NCBI GenBank assembly: GCA_024679065.1
Contig: JAGIQG010000009.1
Coordinates: forward strand, 22,692,001-22,756,000
Origin: Sphyrna mokarran
Taxonomy: Eukaryota
Direction of reading: 5' to 3'
DNA: 64,000 bases
In this document: positions 1 through 12,729 of the stretch, one piece after another
Layout of the letters: each line of letters opens with the position of its first letter
Numbering within the stretch: the first letter of the stretch is position 1
The notes under the pieces: model-generated
Told to the model about the DNA's origin: nothing
What the model saw: only the letters and a program-made list of their open reading frames with translations
Database searches by the model: none
Program-made: the position numbers and the translations under genes

Positions 1-1974
1 GTCAAGGAGAAGCTTGTTCTTAAATCTCTAACTGTGCTGTGATGGGCTGACAATTAGAAAGTATAAGCCGACTTAGACCCAGTACTTTCCCATCCACACT
101 GAGATGCCTGTGCTCTGTCTTACATGCTCTCCTACAGTGTCATGGTTGAGGTCAGGACCGTGACAACTTGGGAGGTCAAACTTGCCCTGCACTGCTTTTT
201 CTTATTTCCTCTTGTGACTCATTTCTTTTGTACTTTTCCTTTTCAAGCTTTTTGGATTGGAGGATTTTTAAAAAAAAAAATTATCATTATAATTGAAACA
301 GCATCATTATTTGAGTGGATAATTAAAGAGATCACGTTGTGTCAAATACGAGTGCTCCTCTTTGTTTCTTTGCTGTGCAACAGGTAGGAACGGTGACCCA
401 TCTCCCCTGATGTTTCCTTACTGCTAGAAGAAGCAGAATTTGCTACTGGGCAAAACATTCCTTTCACTGTTTTCAGTGAAACAGTGGCATTCGACAATGC
501 TGAACCAGGCTGTTCCTTCGCAAATAGCTTGAACTGTGGCATCTGCAAGATTTTTTCAATGTGTTTGGAAGTCTAAAATCATTTTACTGTCTTATCTGTT
601 GGACTTGATGTGTCTCCATGTCTTTTTTCTCTTCTTTCTCTTACACACTCACCTACACACTCTCTCACTTACCACAGCAGTGGCTAGTAAGCCCTTATCG
701 TGTGCAGTTGTCTTTTTTTGTTGTACCATTTCCATCCTAGAGCTTGTTCAGCCTGTCCTCTAATAATTATTGGTATTGAAGGTGTTTTGGGTGAACAAGC
801 TATCTATGAATGTTCTTTCATTGATGTAGGTACCATGGTGGAACTTGTGCAGCATCTATTTCCACCCTCCCAGTTCCAAGGTATTGCTTAACTTGTAGAT
901 GCGCAGTGTGCTATTAACAGCCTCCCTCATTGCTTTTTTGTTATTGTTTTTGTCTTCTCTAAACTTACCAATTCCACTTCATTTCCATTATTGGTTTTGT
1001 CATTGTGGCTGAGTATTTTAGTATACTATTGATATTAAATCAAATGCTATAGTTTTAGTGTTTGAGCAGGGTGGGGAAGTGGTGTTATGAAAGCACTGCA
1101 TGTTCTGCTATTGCTCTCTGCTGCATGTTTTATATTAGAACATTGTTATTCTTTAGACTGTTTGATAATGTACAACCTGATAATTGTGGTTCATTATGAC
1201 TCTCCCAGATCATTTGATTTTGGCATCCCACTTGTTTATCTGTTACTATTGAAAGTTAAACTTTGGTTTCCAAGATGGTGACTTCCAGTCATCCCGATGG
1301 AATTGTTATGAACTTTGGATATTTAACATTATAAGAATTGAAATAATTGTCAAATTCAATTAGCAGTTGTCTTAATTTAACTATTTGGTATGTCATTTAA
1401 ATGTGAGGAAAATCTTCCTGGTATGTAGCAAATCACCCACCTCCCCAGTGCCAAGATAAATGCAGGAATAGGCTCAGAGTGGGTGTTCCTGAGCAGTCAG
1501 TAGATAATGAACCCCAAACTTCCGTTTGTGTGGGTCAGAAGAGCTCTCCTGCTCCTCTGGTTGTCTGATTGGAAAGGTTTTACCTTCTCTGAAAGGCTCC
1601 CTGATCTTTAGGTTTGGTGATAGTTGATAGCCCAGTTCCTTCAGATCCTTCACTTTCTTCATTGATCCTATCAACATATCAGCTTTAGTGTAAATGGATG
1701 AGGCTTTTCCTTGCATTGGAGGAGCTCTTCAGCCTGCTAAAAAAAAAAATCAGGCATTTTGAAATGGATATTGGGCTATTTGAAGTAGGATGTTCAGTTC
1801 TTCTATCCTGATACTCTGGTCTTGGTGACCTTATAATTTTGTAACTATGGTGAGAACTTGTTATTCAGTTTTTATTAGTTTGCCTTTCCAGGGTGATTTG
1901 AGGAAGATCAGGCACTCATCAGGTCTGAAACTAGCGACCTTGGGGCCATTTGCAAAATTTCCACAATACAGTGA

Positions 1975-2795
1975 AAATGATCTGATCAGGATAGCTATTA
2001 TCTCACAGGATAATTTTGATGCTCTCTATTTTTGTATCAAGCTGAGCGATTGGCTAGGGCTGTTTTTGTAAGATTGTTGTTAAGGTCTGATGGGGCTTTC
2101 TGATCTGAAAAGTGCCTCTCTACCTTGAGTTACACTGGAAAGACAAACTATCTCAAAAGGTGGAGCGAGCAATTTCCCAATACTATTGTGTAGTGGTTAC
2201 GAAAATGGCACTTTCTACAGCAGGATGCCACCTTCAGTCCAAAAAGATCTTCCATTTACCACAGGCAATGTTGGACAATGTTATGAATGAATTTCAGTGT
2301 CAGTGTGATGCCAGGTATATTGGCCATATATCCTGGCAAACAGCACGTTTCTTGGTTGTTCATAACAGGCAGGGTACAGACCATACTTAATCAGCCCACA
2401 GTTGCAAAACCCAAAACAAAATATCTGGTAGGTGTGATTCCATAATTAGGCAGCACTTTCTGAACAATCCCGAGCACACTAATAACTGCACTAACAACCA
2501 ATTTAAGATAATTAGTTGAGTTTGTGATGTAGCTCATTTATGCTTGCTAGAAACAACATTTGTTCAAATGCAGGGACTCATTCTCTGAAAATAGAAAGAA
2601 TTTGTTCAACCCTTGCACCTTTTTTGAATTATCTAGAAACTGAGAGAGTCTTCTCCGTGACAACTTGCCAACCAACCAGTACCCTTTTTTCCTGTATAAT
2701 AAATTATTCTGATCATTTGAAATTTGACATTCTTGCCTTAGTCCTGACGAGTACAAGTTGAAAAGTTTTGGGAACATGTCTCTCTTCAGCAACAC
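1975..2795 (+). mobile_element. Penelope-like element 3' fragment (degenerate GIY-YIG endonuclease + pLTR end)
   Basis: ORF 2112-2390 NVMNEFQCQCDARYIGH matches the PLE GIY-YIG motif (NVVYxFxCxCxxxYVGxT); downstream QHFLNNP segment; hammerhead-like motif at the 3' end. Confidence 0.75.
2741..2772 (+). ncRNA. Degenerate minimal type I hammerhead ribozyme (PLE)
   Basis: gtc CTGACGA gtacaagtt GAAA agtttt gg; core boxes intact, stems damaged. Confidence 0.5.
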
Positions 2796-3951
2796 AAAAG
2801 TTCAAGTGACGTTGATGGCTGCAGGTAGGGAACTTCCGTGAGAATCATGAGGCCTGAGCTTATTGTGGACAGACACACAGACGTATGGCACTGCTGCTCT
2901 GTCATTTGCAGGTCTCGGAGATGATACTCCCGGTGTTTTGGATCCCTACTGACAATTGAAACTCCAGGCCTAGGTTTTGAGTTTTTCACATAATAAATTG
3001 AAGGTCAAGTTAAATAGTTTAATGCCATATTGTACGGTCCTTGTTTGTGAATTTCATTTTCATTTTGAGATAAATATGGTAAGCTTCAGCAACAGTTCAG
3101 TGAACACAGTATTGAATCTATTATGCAGGATAGTTATCAAGTTGTTCCATAAGTGAGCTTGAGTTGTTGACCCTGAACTGACAAGGTACACAGAAACATG
3201 CCCACTGCTGCCTTGCTGCTCCACCCTTGTATAATATTTTTCTTATAAGATTTAACATCACTTGCTAAATGATATAATGAAGGAATTGTACATCTCAATT
3301 CTCTTCAGTGCTATTTCGTGTTTCCCTGAATAAAGATGCTTAGTATTTGCAGTGTGCCTGAGGTTAGCTACTATTAGAGGGCATTGACATGAAGACAGCA
3401 TTGTTCCTCCCATAACCCACACACTGCAAATTCATTCAGCAATTCAGTTTGGTTAATTTAGACCTTCTGAAAATCCCTAGGATAGCGAACCTCAATTTTT
3501 TTTTGTGTGAACCCATATTGTTCTTTCTTTAACTGCTAATATGTGGAATTGGGGAGATGCATTTTCACAGTTGGTGGTGTAAATTCCTCATGAGATTCAA
3601 TCTTTAAAGTCAAGGCAAATAAAACACAAATGAGTATACTCCAAATTGAAGTGTCACCTGAGTGGTGTGCAGTATTTGTCTACGTATACTGATTTTTAAC
3701 TGCCCCTTGTGCCCAGATTCTTCGGAAAATTTGAGATGAGCTAGTATCATATATTTGAATGGTCAAGAAAGAGGAGTGGTCGAGTATAAAGCAAAGAAAG
3801 CTGTGAAATTTGGCGGTGGTGGTATAGTCCAGAGATATTTTAGTTTGATGAGATGATGTAGAAATTGAGGTAGCACATTTGCTTTAATATCACTTTACGC
3901 ACGTGCCACGTACAAGTCAGAATAATTTTATTTGGCCTGTGTTTCCCCCAG

Positions 3952-4134
3952 GCATTGCCTGTATCGCCTTATCGTTCGTAGATCAGCATGGAAACCCCAT
4001 ACCAACATTGCAACAGCAAGAACAAACTGACCCTTCCAAACTAAGCTTCTCCACGGATCTCATTCAGGAGGCAGACTTCAACAAGTTGACCAGCGTCTCC
4101 AGATACGAGAGCAGCTCTGAAGGAAAAATATCGG
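3952..4134 (+). CDS. SZT2: SZT2 exon (GIACIALSFVD...EGKIS)
   Basis: ttcccccag acceptor, g|gtaact donor, 183 nt, phase 1-1; similar to human GVACITLAFVD. Confidence 0.88.
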
Positions 4135-4257
4135 GTAACTATCTCTGTATTTTCATGTATAAGTTGATTCTTAATTTGCTGATGATAACTAGGAATGGAA
4201 ATTAAATACTTCCTTATGAATCCCATTGGCATGCTCGAAAATACACTTTCTTCATGT

Positions 4258-6040
4258 TACAAAAGGATGAGAAGAGAAGGGATAGGACCTATAAAAGGTG
4301 AAGGGGGAAAAGTCTGTATGGAACCGGAAGAAATGGCAGAGGTGCTTAATGAGTACTTTGCCTCAGTATTCATGGTGGAAAATGATCTGGGAGGATGCAC
4401 TACAAGTTTGCGGCAGACTGAAAAGATTGAGTATGTAGATATTAAGGAAGCGGATGTGTTAGAACTTTTAAATGCTATCAAGATAGACAAGTCTCCAGGA
4501 CCAGATGGGATGTACCCCAGGTTATTGTGGGAGGTGAGGGATGTCATTGCAGAGCCCCTGGCGATGATCTTTGCGTCGTCGATGGAGACAGGAGAGGTTC
4601 CGGAGGATTGGAGGATTGCGGATGTGGTCCCTATTTTCAAGAAAGGGAACAGGGATAGTCCTGGAAATTACCGACCGGTGAGTCTGACCTCAGTGGTTGG
4701 TAAGCTGATGGAGAGGCTTCTGAGGGACAAGATTTACGAGCATTTGGAGAAGTTTAGGTTGATTAGAAATAGTCAGCATGGTTTTGTAAAAGGCAGGTCG
4801 TGCCTTACGAGCTTAATTGAGTTCTTCGAAAATGTGACTGAACACATTGACGAAGGAAGAGCAGTGGACGTGGTGTACATGGACTTCAGCAAGGCATTTG
4901 ACAAGGTCCCCCATGCAAGACTTCTTGAGAAGGTGAGAGGGCATGGGATCCAAGGGGCTTTGGCCTTGTGGATCCAGAACTGGCTTGCCTGCAGAAGGCA
5001 GAGGGTGGTTGTGGATGGCTCTTTTTCTGCATGGAGGTCGGTCACCAGTGGAGTGCCCCAGGGATCTGTTCTAGGACCCTTGCTTTTTGTCATTTTCATA
5101 AATGACCTGGATGAGGAAGTGGAGGGATGGGTGAGTAAGTTCGCCGATGACACGAAGGTCGGTGGTGTTGTGGATGGTCTGGAGGGATGTCAGAAGTTGC
5201 AGCATGACATCGACAGGATGCAAGACTGGGCGGAGAAGTGGCAGATGGACTTCAACGCGGATAAATGTGTTGTGGTCCATTTTGGCAGATCCAACGGGAT
5301 GAATGAGTACACTATCGAAGGTAGGAGTCTTAGCTGTGTGGAAGAGCAGAGGGATCTTGGGGTCCGGGTCCATAAGACTCTCAAATCGGCCTCCCAGGCG
5401 GAGGATGTGGTTAAGAAAGCTTACGGTGTACTGGCCTTCATTCATCGAGGGATTGAGTTCAGGAGTCAGGAGGTAATGCTGCAGCTTTATAGGACCCTTG
5501 TCAGACCACACTTGGAGTACTGTGCGCAGTTCTGGTCGCCTCACTATAGGAAGGACGTGGAAGCTATTGAAAGGGTGCAGAGGAGATTTACAAGGATGTT
5601 GCCTGGATTGGGAGGCATGCCTTATGAAGACAGGTTGAGGGAGCTGGGACTGTTCTCCCTGGAGAGACGAAGGTTGAGAGGCGACCTGATAGAGGTTTAC
5701 AAGATGTTGAGAGGAATAGATAGGGTGGACTCTCAGAGACTATTTCCCAGGGCTGAAATGGTCGCGACGAGAGGGCACAGATTTAAGGTGCAGGGAAGCA
5801 AGTACAGAGGGGATGCTAGGGGAAAGTTTTTCACTCAGAGGGTGGTGAGTGAATGGAATCGGCTGCCGTCGGTGGTGGTCGAGGCGAACTCGCTGGGGTC
5901 TTTTAAAAGACTTCTGGATGAGTATATGGGATCCAATGGGATTGGGGGTTATAGATAGGTCTATGGCTGGGTAGGTTTTGATGTGTTCGGCACAACTTGT
6001 GGGCCGAAGGGCCTGTTTGTGCTGTAGTGTTCTATGTTCT
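4258..6040 (+). mobile_element. 5'-truncated young CR1 LINE with uninterrupted RT ORF (ORF 4195-5958)
   Basis: KSPGPDG, NYRPVSLTS, GVPQGSVLGPLLF, FADD motifs; CR1 3' UTR ggccgaagggcctgt and (gttctat)n tail. Confidence 0.95.
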
Positions 6041-6249
6041 AAAGTTAAATGTGGGTGTAAAGAAAATCATTCATTACACTGAAATTTTTATCACTGCTGA
6101 TAGATGGAAGAATGAGACTGCACAATTAAACTAGGGATGGTCTGTTTTAGCTTTAGACGTTTATTTACCTTGTTTTATTTCACTTTGCCACTGTTTCTTG
6201 ATGGCCAGAGATTCTTGGGAGACTGTGAGGCGAGTCTTTTAAAACTGTT

Positions 6250-7730
6250 CTTTGGACTGGGGATGAAGTGGGCAAGGTTGCGTATGGTGTCCATTCCTAT
6301 TAGCCATGATCAGATAGTGTTAGTTTTCTCCTTGAACTGTTGCAGTCCTGGTAGTGATGGTAGCTTCACACTGGCAATGGATGGAGAATTCAAAGATTTC
6401 CAGTGACAGTGACTAAACGTGGTATGTCCAAGTCAACATGGCATCTGCCTTTGAGAAGAACATTATGGGGTTGGTCTTTCTACCTCTTTCTACTCTTGGC
6501 AATAGCAATTAAGGGGGTGGGGGGGAAGTTGCTGTTAACATGACTTTGGTATATTGCTGTAATGCATTCTGTAAATTGTACACCTTGTGTCCATGTAAAT
6601 TGATGAGAGTGTGCTGGTGTGGAAGGATGCGGCTGTTGAGAGGGCACCAGTCAAATGAATTGCTCTTTCTTGAATAATGTTGAGCTTTTTAAATTCTGTT
6701 GTGCCAGCACCTGTTCAGGTATGTGGTAAGTATTCCATCATACCTCTGAATAGAGGTTTGCAGGTTAACAGGTTTAATAGGTTCGGAGTTGAGTCATACA
6801 TAGCATTATCCCGCCTTGTTACTGCACAGCTGGATCAGTTCAGTTCCTTTTAAAATGATGATGAGACACTTGATTGATGATGTTGCCAATGAAGTTTCAA
6901 CTTTGTATTCTTTAGAATATTGCATGCCTCAACAATACCACCTTTCAATTACCCCCTCTCAAAACTGAAAAGTGAAATTGTTCCAATATTTCTTCATAAC
7001 TCAGTACTTTGATAATAAGATAAGTCTCATGGGAATTCCCTGAATTCCTTTCAGGGTTTGGTTCTTTCCCTTTATACCTTTTTTAGGAAAACCGTCAATT
7101 TATGCAGTCATTAGATATGGTTCTTTGGCAATCTGGACGTTTATTAGCTGGCCCTCCTTGCCTTTTAGAAAGTAACAATGAGCTACCTTCTACTGTGCTT
7201 CAGGCCACATGGTAAAGGCACTCCCCAGTATTGTTAGGGGCACTGTTCCAGGATTTTGATGTTGTTGTATGTCCAAGTCAGGATGGCGTTCGATTTGGAG
7301 GGGATCTTGAAGATGGTGTTTTTCCCATGTGCCTGCTGCCTTTGTTCCTCCTGTTAGTAGAAATCACTGGTTTGGGGGATCCCTTGCAGAAACTTTGAAG
7401 AGTAACTGTAGAGCTTCTTGTAGATGGTACACACTAGCCAGTGTGCTTGGGTGGTAAAGAGATTGGGCGTGTAAAGTGGTGAATGGGCTGCTTATCACTT
7501 GGACTTGTCGACCTGAATGGTGCAAAGGCTTTTGAGTGTTCTTGGAGCTGCATTCATCTAAGTAAGAATTCCAACATGTGGTTCATAGGTGATAAGGCTT
7601 TGGACATCAGGAGATGTGTTACTTGCTGCCAAATATCCTGGTCCTGATATCTTGTAGCTACAATATTTATGTGTCTGCTGCAGTTAGATTTCTGCTCAAT
7701 GCTGACCTGCAGGATATTGATGGTCGAGTA
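6250..7730 (-). mobile_element. Two old LINE 3' fragments (CR1/L2-group; 6250-6900 and 7130-7730)
   Basis: Mutually similar and similar to 35420-35730; share their 3' tail with the tRNA-SINE family at 14515. Confidence 0.6.
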
Positions 7731-8187
7731 GATTGGTCTGACAATATTCTGAAACCATGTTGGCTTCTATTTTTTACTTGTTGCTAATTTTCATTTCATT
7801 ATTTTGCTTATCACTGATGTAAGACTAATAGGTCTATAGTTCGCTGATCTTGTCCTTTCCCTTTTTTAAAGAATTGCTAGTGCCTTGGCTTTTTCCACTT
7901 CAGTGGGACCAGCTCTTATTAACTCATGAGAACAGTTAGCACCTGTCATATATCGTCTCTGCTCTCTCATGCACGGAGTGCAATGTGGCATCTGAGCAGC
8001 AATGTGATATAACATGCCTTCTTTGAGCATTCAGATGCAACCAACTCACCCAAGGTTTCACTGAACAGCATACAAGAAAACACACAGGTGCACATGACAG
8101 AATGTGGGCAGGAACTGACCATCCCCAGATTGATTATACAGCCGAACCTCTTAACTGCAAAATGTAATCACAGTGTTATCTCCTCAG

Positions 8188-8379
8188 ACCCAAGCACGCT
8201 TGTACGCTTTGATATCTGGGAGCAGGGAAACATCAGCCTATTGCAACTTACTGACAAACTTCAGAACGGTCTTCGTCATGCCCTTTGTGATGTTGTAATG
8301 GAATTTCGAATGCTCCAGTGCCCACTGTGTGTGGAGTCCTACTGTCCAGGCATGTTGACACCAGAGAGTGATGCAAATG
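8188..8379 (+). CDS. SZT2: SZT2 exon (DPSTLVRFDIWEQGNISL...DAN)
   Basis: tcctcag acceptor, g|gtaaga donor, 192 nt, phase 1-1. Confidence 0.9.
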
Positions 8380-8574
8380 GTAAGAGTTTAAAATTAACTC
8401 AAAAACATGATACAGAATAGCAGAAGAACATTACACACAGTAACCAGGGATTCCACACTATTTTTACAGTATTATTGATATGAGAAAGGTGCTGCTTTGC
8501 ACTTACTTGTGAGTGGGATAATTTTGAGTTTCAGCTTATCCAAAACTCTGCTGCTTGTACCTTTTGGCACATAA

Positions 8575-8995
8575 AATCCTATTCAGCTGTCTATCCTGTC
8601 CTTGCTGACCTGTATTGGTCCCTGATCCACCAATGCTTTCAGTTTCAAAGTTTCAGCCTTTTGTTAAAAATGCTTTCTGATTTTCCCCTGCCCAAACTCT
8701 CTAATCTCCTGCAGCCTCATAATTCCTCAGAATGTTCTGATCATTTGACCCTGGTCTTGTGCACCCCTGCCTTCCCTTCATCACTGGCAACAGTGACACC
8801 ATCCACTTATTCCCCACATCCTAGAATGAGTTCCCACTCTTCCTGTAAGATTCTCTTTAACAAAGCTTTAGGTCATGCCTCCTCACACTTTATTTTTGTC
8901 TCACTATCTGCTTTTGTTGAAATACGCATCTTTGAAGGGCCTTGAGATGTTTTCCTACATTTAAGCACTTTTTCAATGCAAATGTTATTATTGAT
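8575..8995 (+). mobile_element. L2-type LINE 3' end
   Basis: Typical ccttgctgacct..attgg...gaagggccttgagatgttttcctacat...aatgcaa 3' region; similar to 28920-29135. Confidence 0.6.
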
Positions 8996-9267
8996 AAATT
9001 GATACAATAGAGCAAATTTTCCTGTCCGCCTGCCATAGGGTATCGTAGTGGGAGAGGAGTGGACCATGAAAGATCTGTTGACCTCGGGCAAGATTTTCTG
9101 GTTTTGGGACAAGCTCAGCTGAAAAATCCTGCTCAGAGTCCCCTTTTAGACTCCTATTGTACTTCACAGGTTTCCCTTCACTTCCTGGGAACTGCCAAGA
9201 TATTTTTTGACTGGCTTTCACATTGTAAGCATTCCTTAACAGATACATTTTTTTCCTGAATGGTCAG

Positions 9268-9449
9268 GTCGGTTCAGCAGGTCAGGGTCAGAGACTAAGG
9301 AAGCAACCATCCTTTCTGTCAGTGCGACTGGAAGTAAAAGCAGTCCTGTACCTGTGCACATTGTACCTGTTTCAACCTCTACCTCAAGCAACTCAGAATC
9401 CACCACTCCAACAAGCAAGACAGGCCGACGTAGTTTCTGGGATATGTTG
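9268..9449 (+). CDS. SZT2: SZT2 exon (GRFSRSGSE...TTPTSKTGRRSFWDML)
   Basis: Donor ttg|gtgagt; acceptor ggtcag chosen by phase (in-frame alternatives at 9286 and 9292). Confidence 0.85.
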
Positions 9450-9631
9450 GTGAGTGTAAAAACATGGAAGCCAACAGTGCTACATCCAACGCGTAAAATG
9501 TTACTGCAAAAATGTGAATCATTTGCACTCTCAAAGCACCATGTAATGGCAAGTCCACTGAGTGTGCTACCGAGCTATGTGGGCAGTCTTCCTTGAGATG
9601 AAAAGTGACTGGGAATCTTTACCTTTTTCAG

Positions 9632-9813
9632 AGCAAGACTGACTTCTCAGACACTAGCACCCCTAAGACTACAGACGACATTGTCCTGGAAAAAACTGAT
9701 GACAGTCGCATTCGCCGTAGGCACAAAACAGAACATTTGAAGCAGTCTTCAAGTCATGACCGAACGTCCACGGTTGAACTAGAGCAAACACAGAGGCAGG
9801 CAGCTTCAAGAAG
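9632..9813 (+). CDS. SZT2: SZT2 exon (SKTDFSDTSTPKTTDDIVL...ASR)
   Basis: ctttttcag acceptor, ag|gtagag donor, phase 0-2. Confidence 0.9.
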
Positions 9814-10344
9814 GTAGAGTCCCCATCACCTAATCCATCCCTGTTAGTATTTGATTGTACAGTCACCGTCGATTACAATGACAACATTTAAACTGTATTA
9901 AGTGAGCTGGCTATTTTAGGTAGTTTAATCAAATGCTCGGTCACCTTTTTGTTCACCCTCGTCACCCTACAGCACTATTTTAATGTATTTGAGTCACCTA
10001 CTTAGTAAGTGTCAATTTCCGAAAGGTATTCGTCCAGAATTTGCTGGAGCAGCACAACTCACAGTGGATGCTGTGAATGAAATTTATACCTGAGGTTTGT
10101 AAGATGCAGATTTCTGGAAATGTGAATTCATATTGGTACAATGAGGTCTGAGCTTCAGATCTAATAGTCTATCTGCTCAATTAGTTCAGTTTAAGGATAG
10201 TGATCAAAATAGCACGAATGATAAAGGAGGAAATAGGGTAAATTTGAGTCAAATTAGATATTGAAAGAGAAACAATGGGCTTGGTCTGGCAACTGTTCAG
10301 CCAACTGACACTTTTTTTTTGTAATAACAGGCAAGGGGATTAAG

Positions 10345-10612
10345 GTTAAGGTTTATTTATTAGTGTCTCAAGTAAGGCTTACATTAACACTGCAATGAAG
10401 TTACTGTCAGATTCTCCTAGTCGCCGCATTCTGGCAGCTGTATGGGTCAGTGCATCTAATCAGCACGTCTTTCAGACCGTGGGAGGAAACCGGAGCATTC
10501 AGAGGAAACCCATGCAGATACAGGGAGAACGTGCAGACAGTGACCCAAGCTGGAAGTCAAACCTGGGTCACTGGCAGTGTGAGACAGCAGTACTAACCAC
10601 TGTGCTGCCTGC
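10345..10612 (-). mobile_element. V-SINE (tRNA head + V domain, tail type B)
   Basis: Reverse complement has cacagtggttagtactgctgtctcac head, gggtttcctc/ccggtttcctcccac V core, aatgtaagccttacttgagacactaataaataaac tail. Confidence 0.8.
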
Positions 10613-11052
10613 TTACTAATCAATGTACTATGTCTCACTGGATTTCCTGCTAATAAGACGAAGTAGTATGGTCGTTATTTATAAAAATATCCAAGTATAT
10701 ATTAAGATCCAGAGCTGAGAGTCAATCTTTTTGATATTCACACTTGTATACACTGTCCTTTCTTTCTGACTTTTATTGTTCTTTTATCTGACTTTTATTC
10801 TCAGTTGAGAATTTCATGTGACCAATTAAGAGGTTTTATCAAGTATTTATTTCTATCAGGGCAGAGTATTTAATAGTCCTCAATTATTATGCAGATCAAT
10901 TATCTGTTCTTGTTCTAATTTACATAGACAATTTGAAGTGCCTCTCTGTTGTGGTGCTCCATTATGTGTATGCGGCTTTGATGTATGCAGATAAGTACGT
11001 TGTAATAAATAAAAAATAAAGGTCATCGCTATTGCCTGCTAACTCTCTGCAG

Positions 11053-11150
11053 GAAGCGGACTGGCCAGCTGGAGGAAGGAGACCTGGGATCTCTCCATCC
11101 TCTTTTTCATGTCACTTGTCAGCAATGGATGGCATTCATGGGTACACTGG
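11053..11150 (+). CDS. SZT2: SZT2 exon (KRTGQLEEGDLGSLHPLF...FMGTL)
   Basis: ctctctgcag acceptor, g|gtgagt donor, phase 2-1. Confidence 0.92.
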
Positions 11151-11324
11151 GTGAGTACATATTCTGGATTCTTTATAAATCCTGAACAGCAGCTGTATTT
11201 GGATACGAAGCACTTTTTTTATGTCCATAGCTGAGCTATACCAAAAAATGAATAGTACATTTTCTGTTTTCAGATCTGTTCGTATTTTGATCTGTGAAAC
11301 CAAACACTAAACCCTAGGTGTCAG

Positions 11325-11720
11325 GTCTTGCTCAGCCGCAGCACCCTTATCTCTGAGTCAAAAGGTTGTGAGCTCAAGAAGCTGAATATATCATCTTGGC
11401 AGTTGCTTTTTGTACAGTACTGAGGGAGTTCTTTGCCATCTTTTAGATGTAACATTAAGGCAAAGTCCTGTGTTTCCTCTTCCCTTCATGTGGATAGAGA
11501 AGACGCTATGCACTGTTTCAGAAAAGAGCAAGGGAGTTTCCCCAGGTTTTATGGCTAACAATTATCTCTTAACTAACGTCCGGTCATTTATTTCATTGCT
11601 GTCTGTGGGAGCTTGCTGTTTGTAAAATTGGCTGTCTCATCTGTTACACTTCTTTGGCTGGGAAGCACTCTGGGGTGTTCTGAGCATGTGTTAAGGCTTC
11701 ACATAAATGCAACTTGCTTC
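11325..11720 (+). mobile_element. Deu-domain SINE (SacSINE1-like)
   Basis: cagtactgagggag ... gaagagcaagggagtttcccc ... ttgctgtctgtgggagcttgctg ... ataaatgcaa, matching remembered DeuSINE consensus. Confidence 0.7.
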
Positions 11721-12729
11721 TCAAAGATTAAAAGTGAACTACATTATCCTTTTGTTGAGCTGAGATGCCAAACTGAATTATCTATTATTGTGATAGGGGG
11801 TATGAACCTCCCTATCAATACCAAAAATGAAAGTCAATGGCATTTCTCTATCTTGATGCTTCTGGGACCACAATACATTTAGATGTATAAAGATGAGCAC
11901 TTAATTAATGTTTACTGAGGCTTTGGATGCACAGCTTAATTGTACTCATCCATCTTTTTTGTCCATGAACAGAGCATGCTGGTAAAATTGTAGGCCTGAA
12001 TTGGTCAGGATCCATTCATCTCCCTTTCAATTACTTCAATTAAGATACAAATCTTTTCAAGTCCCACTGTGTGAAACAGCAGGTGCAATAAACTACAACC
12101 AACTCAATGATGTTTACAACCAGATTGCTTGCATTAGTGTCTGTTCACCTCTAATTGTCAAGCTTCAGTCTGGATGATCCTCAGCTGTGGAATAATCCAG
12201 TGACTCTCAAATGCATGGTATCTGGAGATCTGGATAATGCTGAGCTCATAACCTACAGCCATGTTCAGTTTTTCTTTTTGCTAACCTCAGCTGTCCTCTG
12301 AATACTGTTAAGCTATTGTTCTGCCGTTTAATCAAAAAAAGGTGAAATCGACCAGTCTTTTAGAGGGAAACGCGTAGGGAAAGCTCAATGAAATTCTAAA
12401 ATAATAACAGGCATGAATAAACTTTCCAAGACTGTTGAACAATGGCCTAGATCTACCTCATAATTTCTTCTTTCATTTTAGTTACCTAGTGGTGAAGTTT
12501 AATTTGAGTCACAGATTATACACTAAATGCCTTTTGGGGAGGGAGAATCCCCAGCTATGATAGATTGGTTATTGCAGGGAGAAAGCTGTTGGGGTGATTT
12601 GGTGTGTCAGCTCATTCTGTTGCAAAATGTTCCCAATTCACTGGAAATTGTTAACGTGGGCTTGACTGTGAACATCCCATAGGCAGGGATATGAAGTTGC
12701 ACGTACTCTTGCAAGAAATGTAACAGACA

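Noticed and set aside
4257-5544. Long antisense ORFs
   Set aside because: Shadow frames of the CR1 RT.
4195-5958. Novel host RT gene or retron-like system
   Set aside because: Ordinary CR1 ORF2 C-terminal half with canonical CR1 tail.
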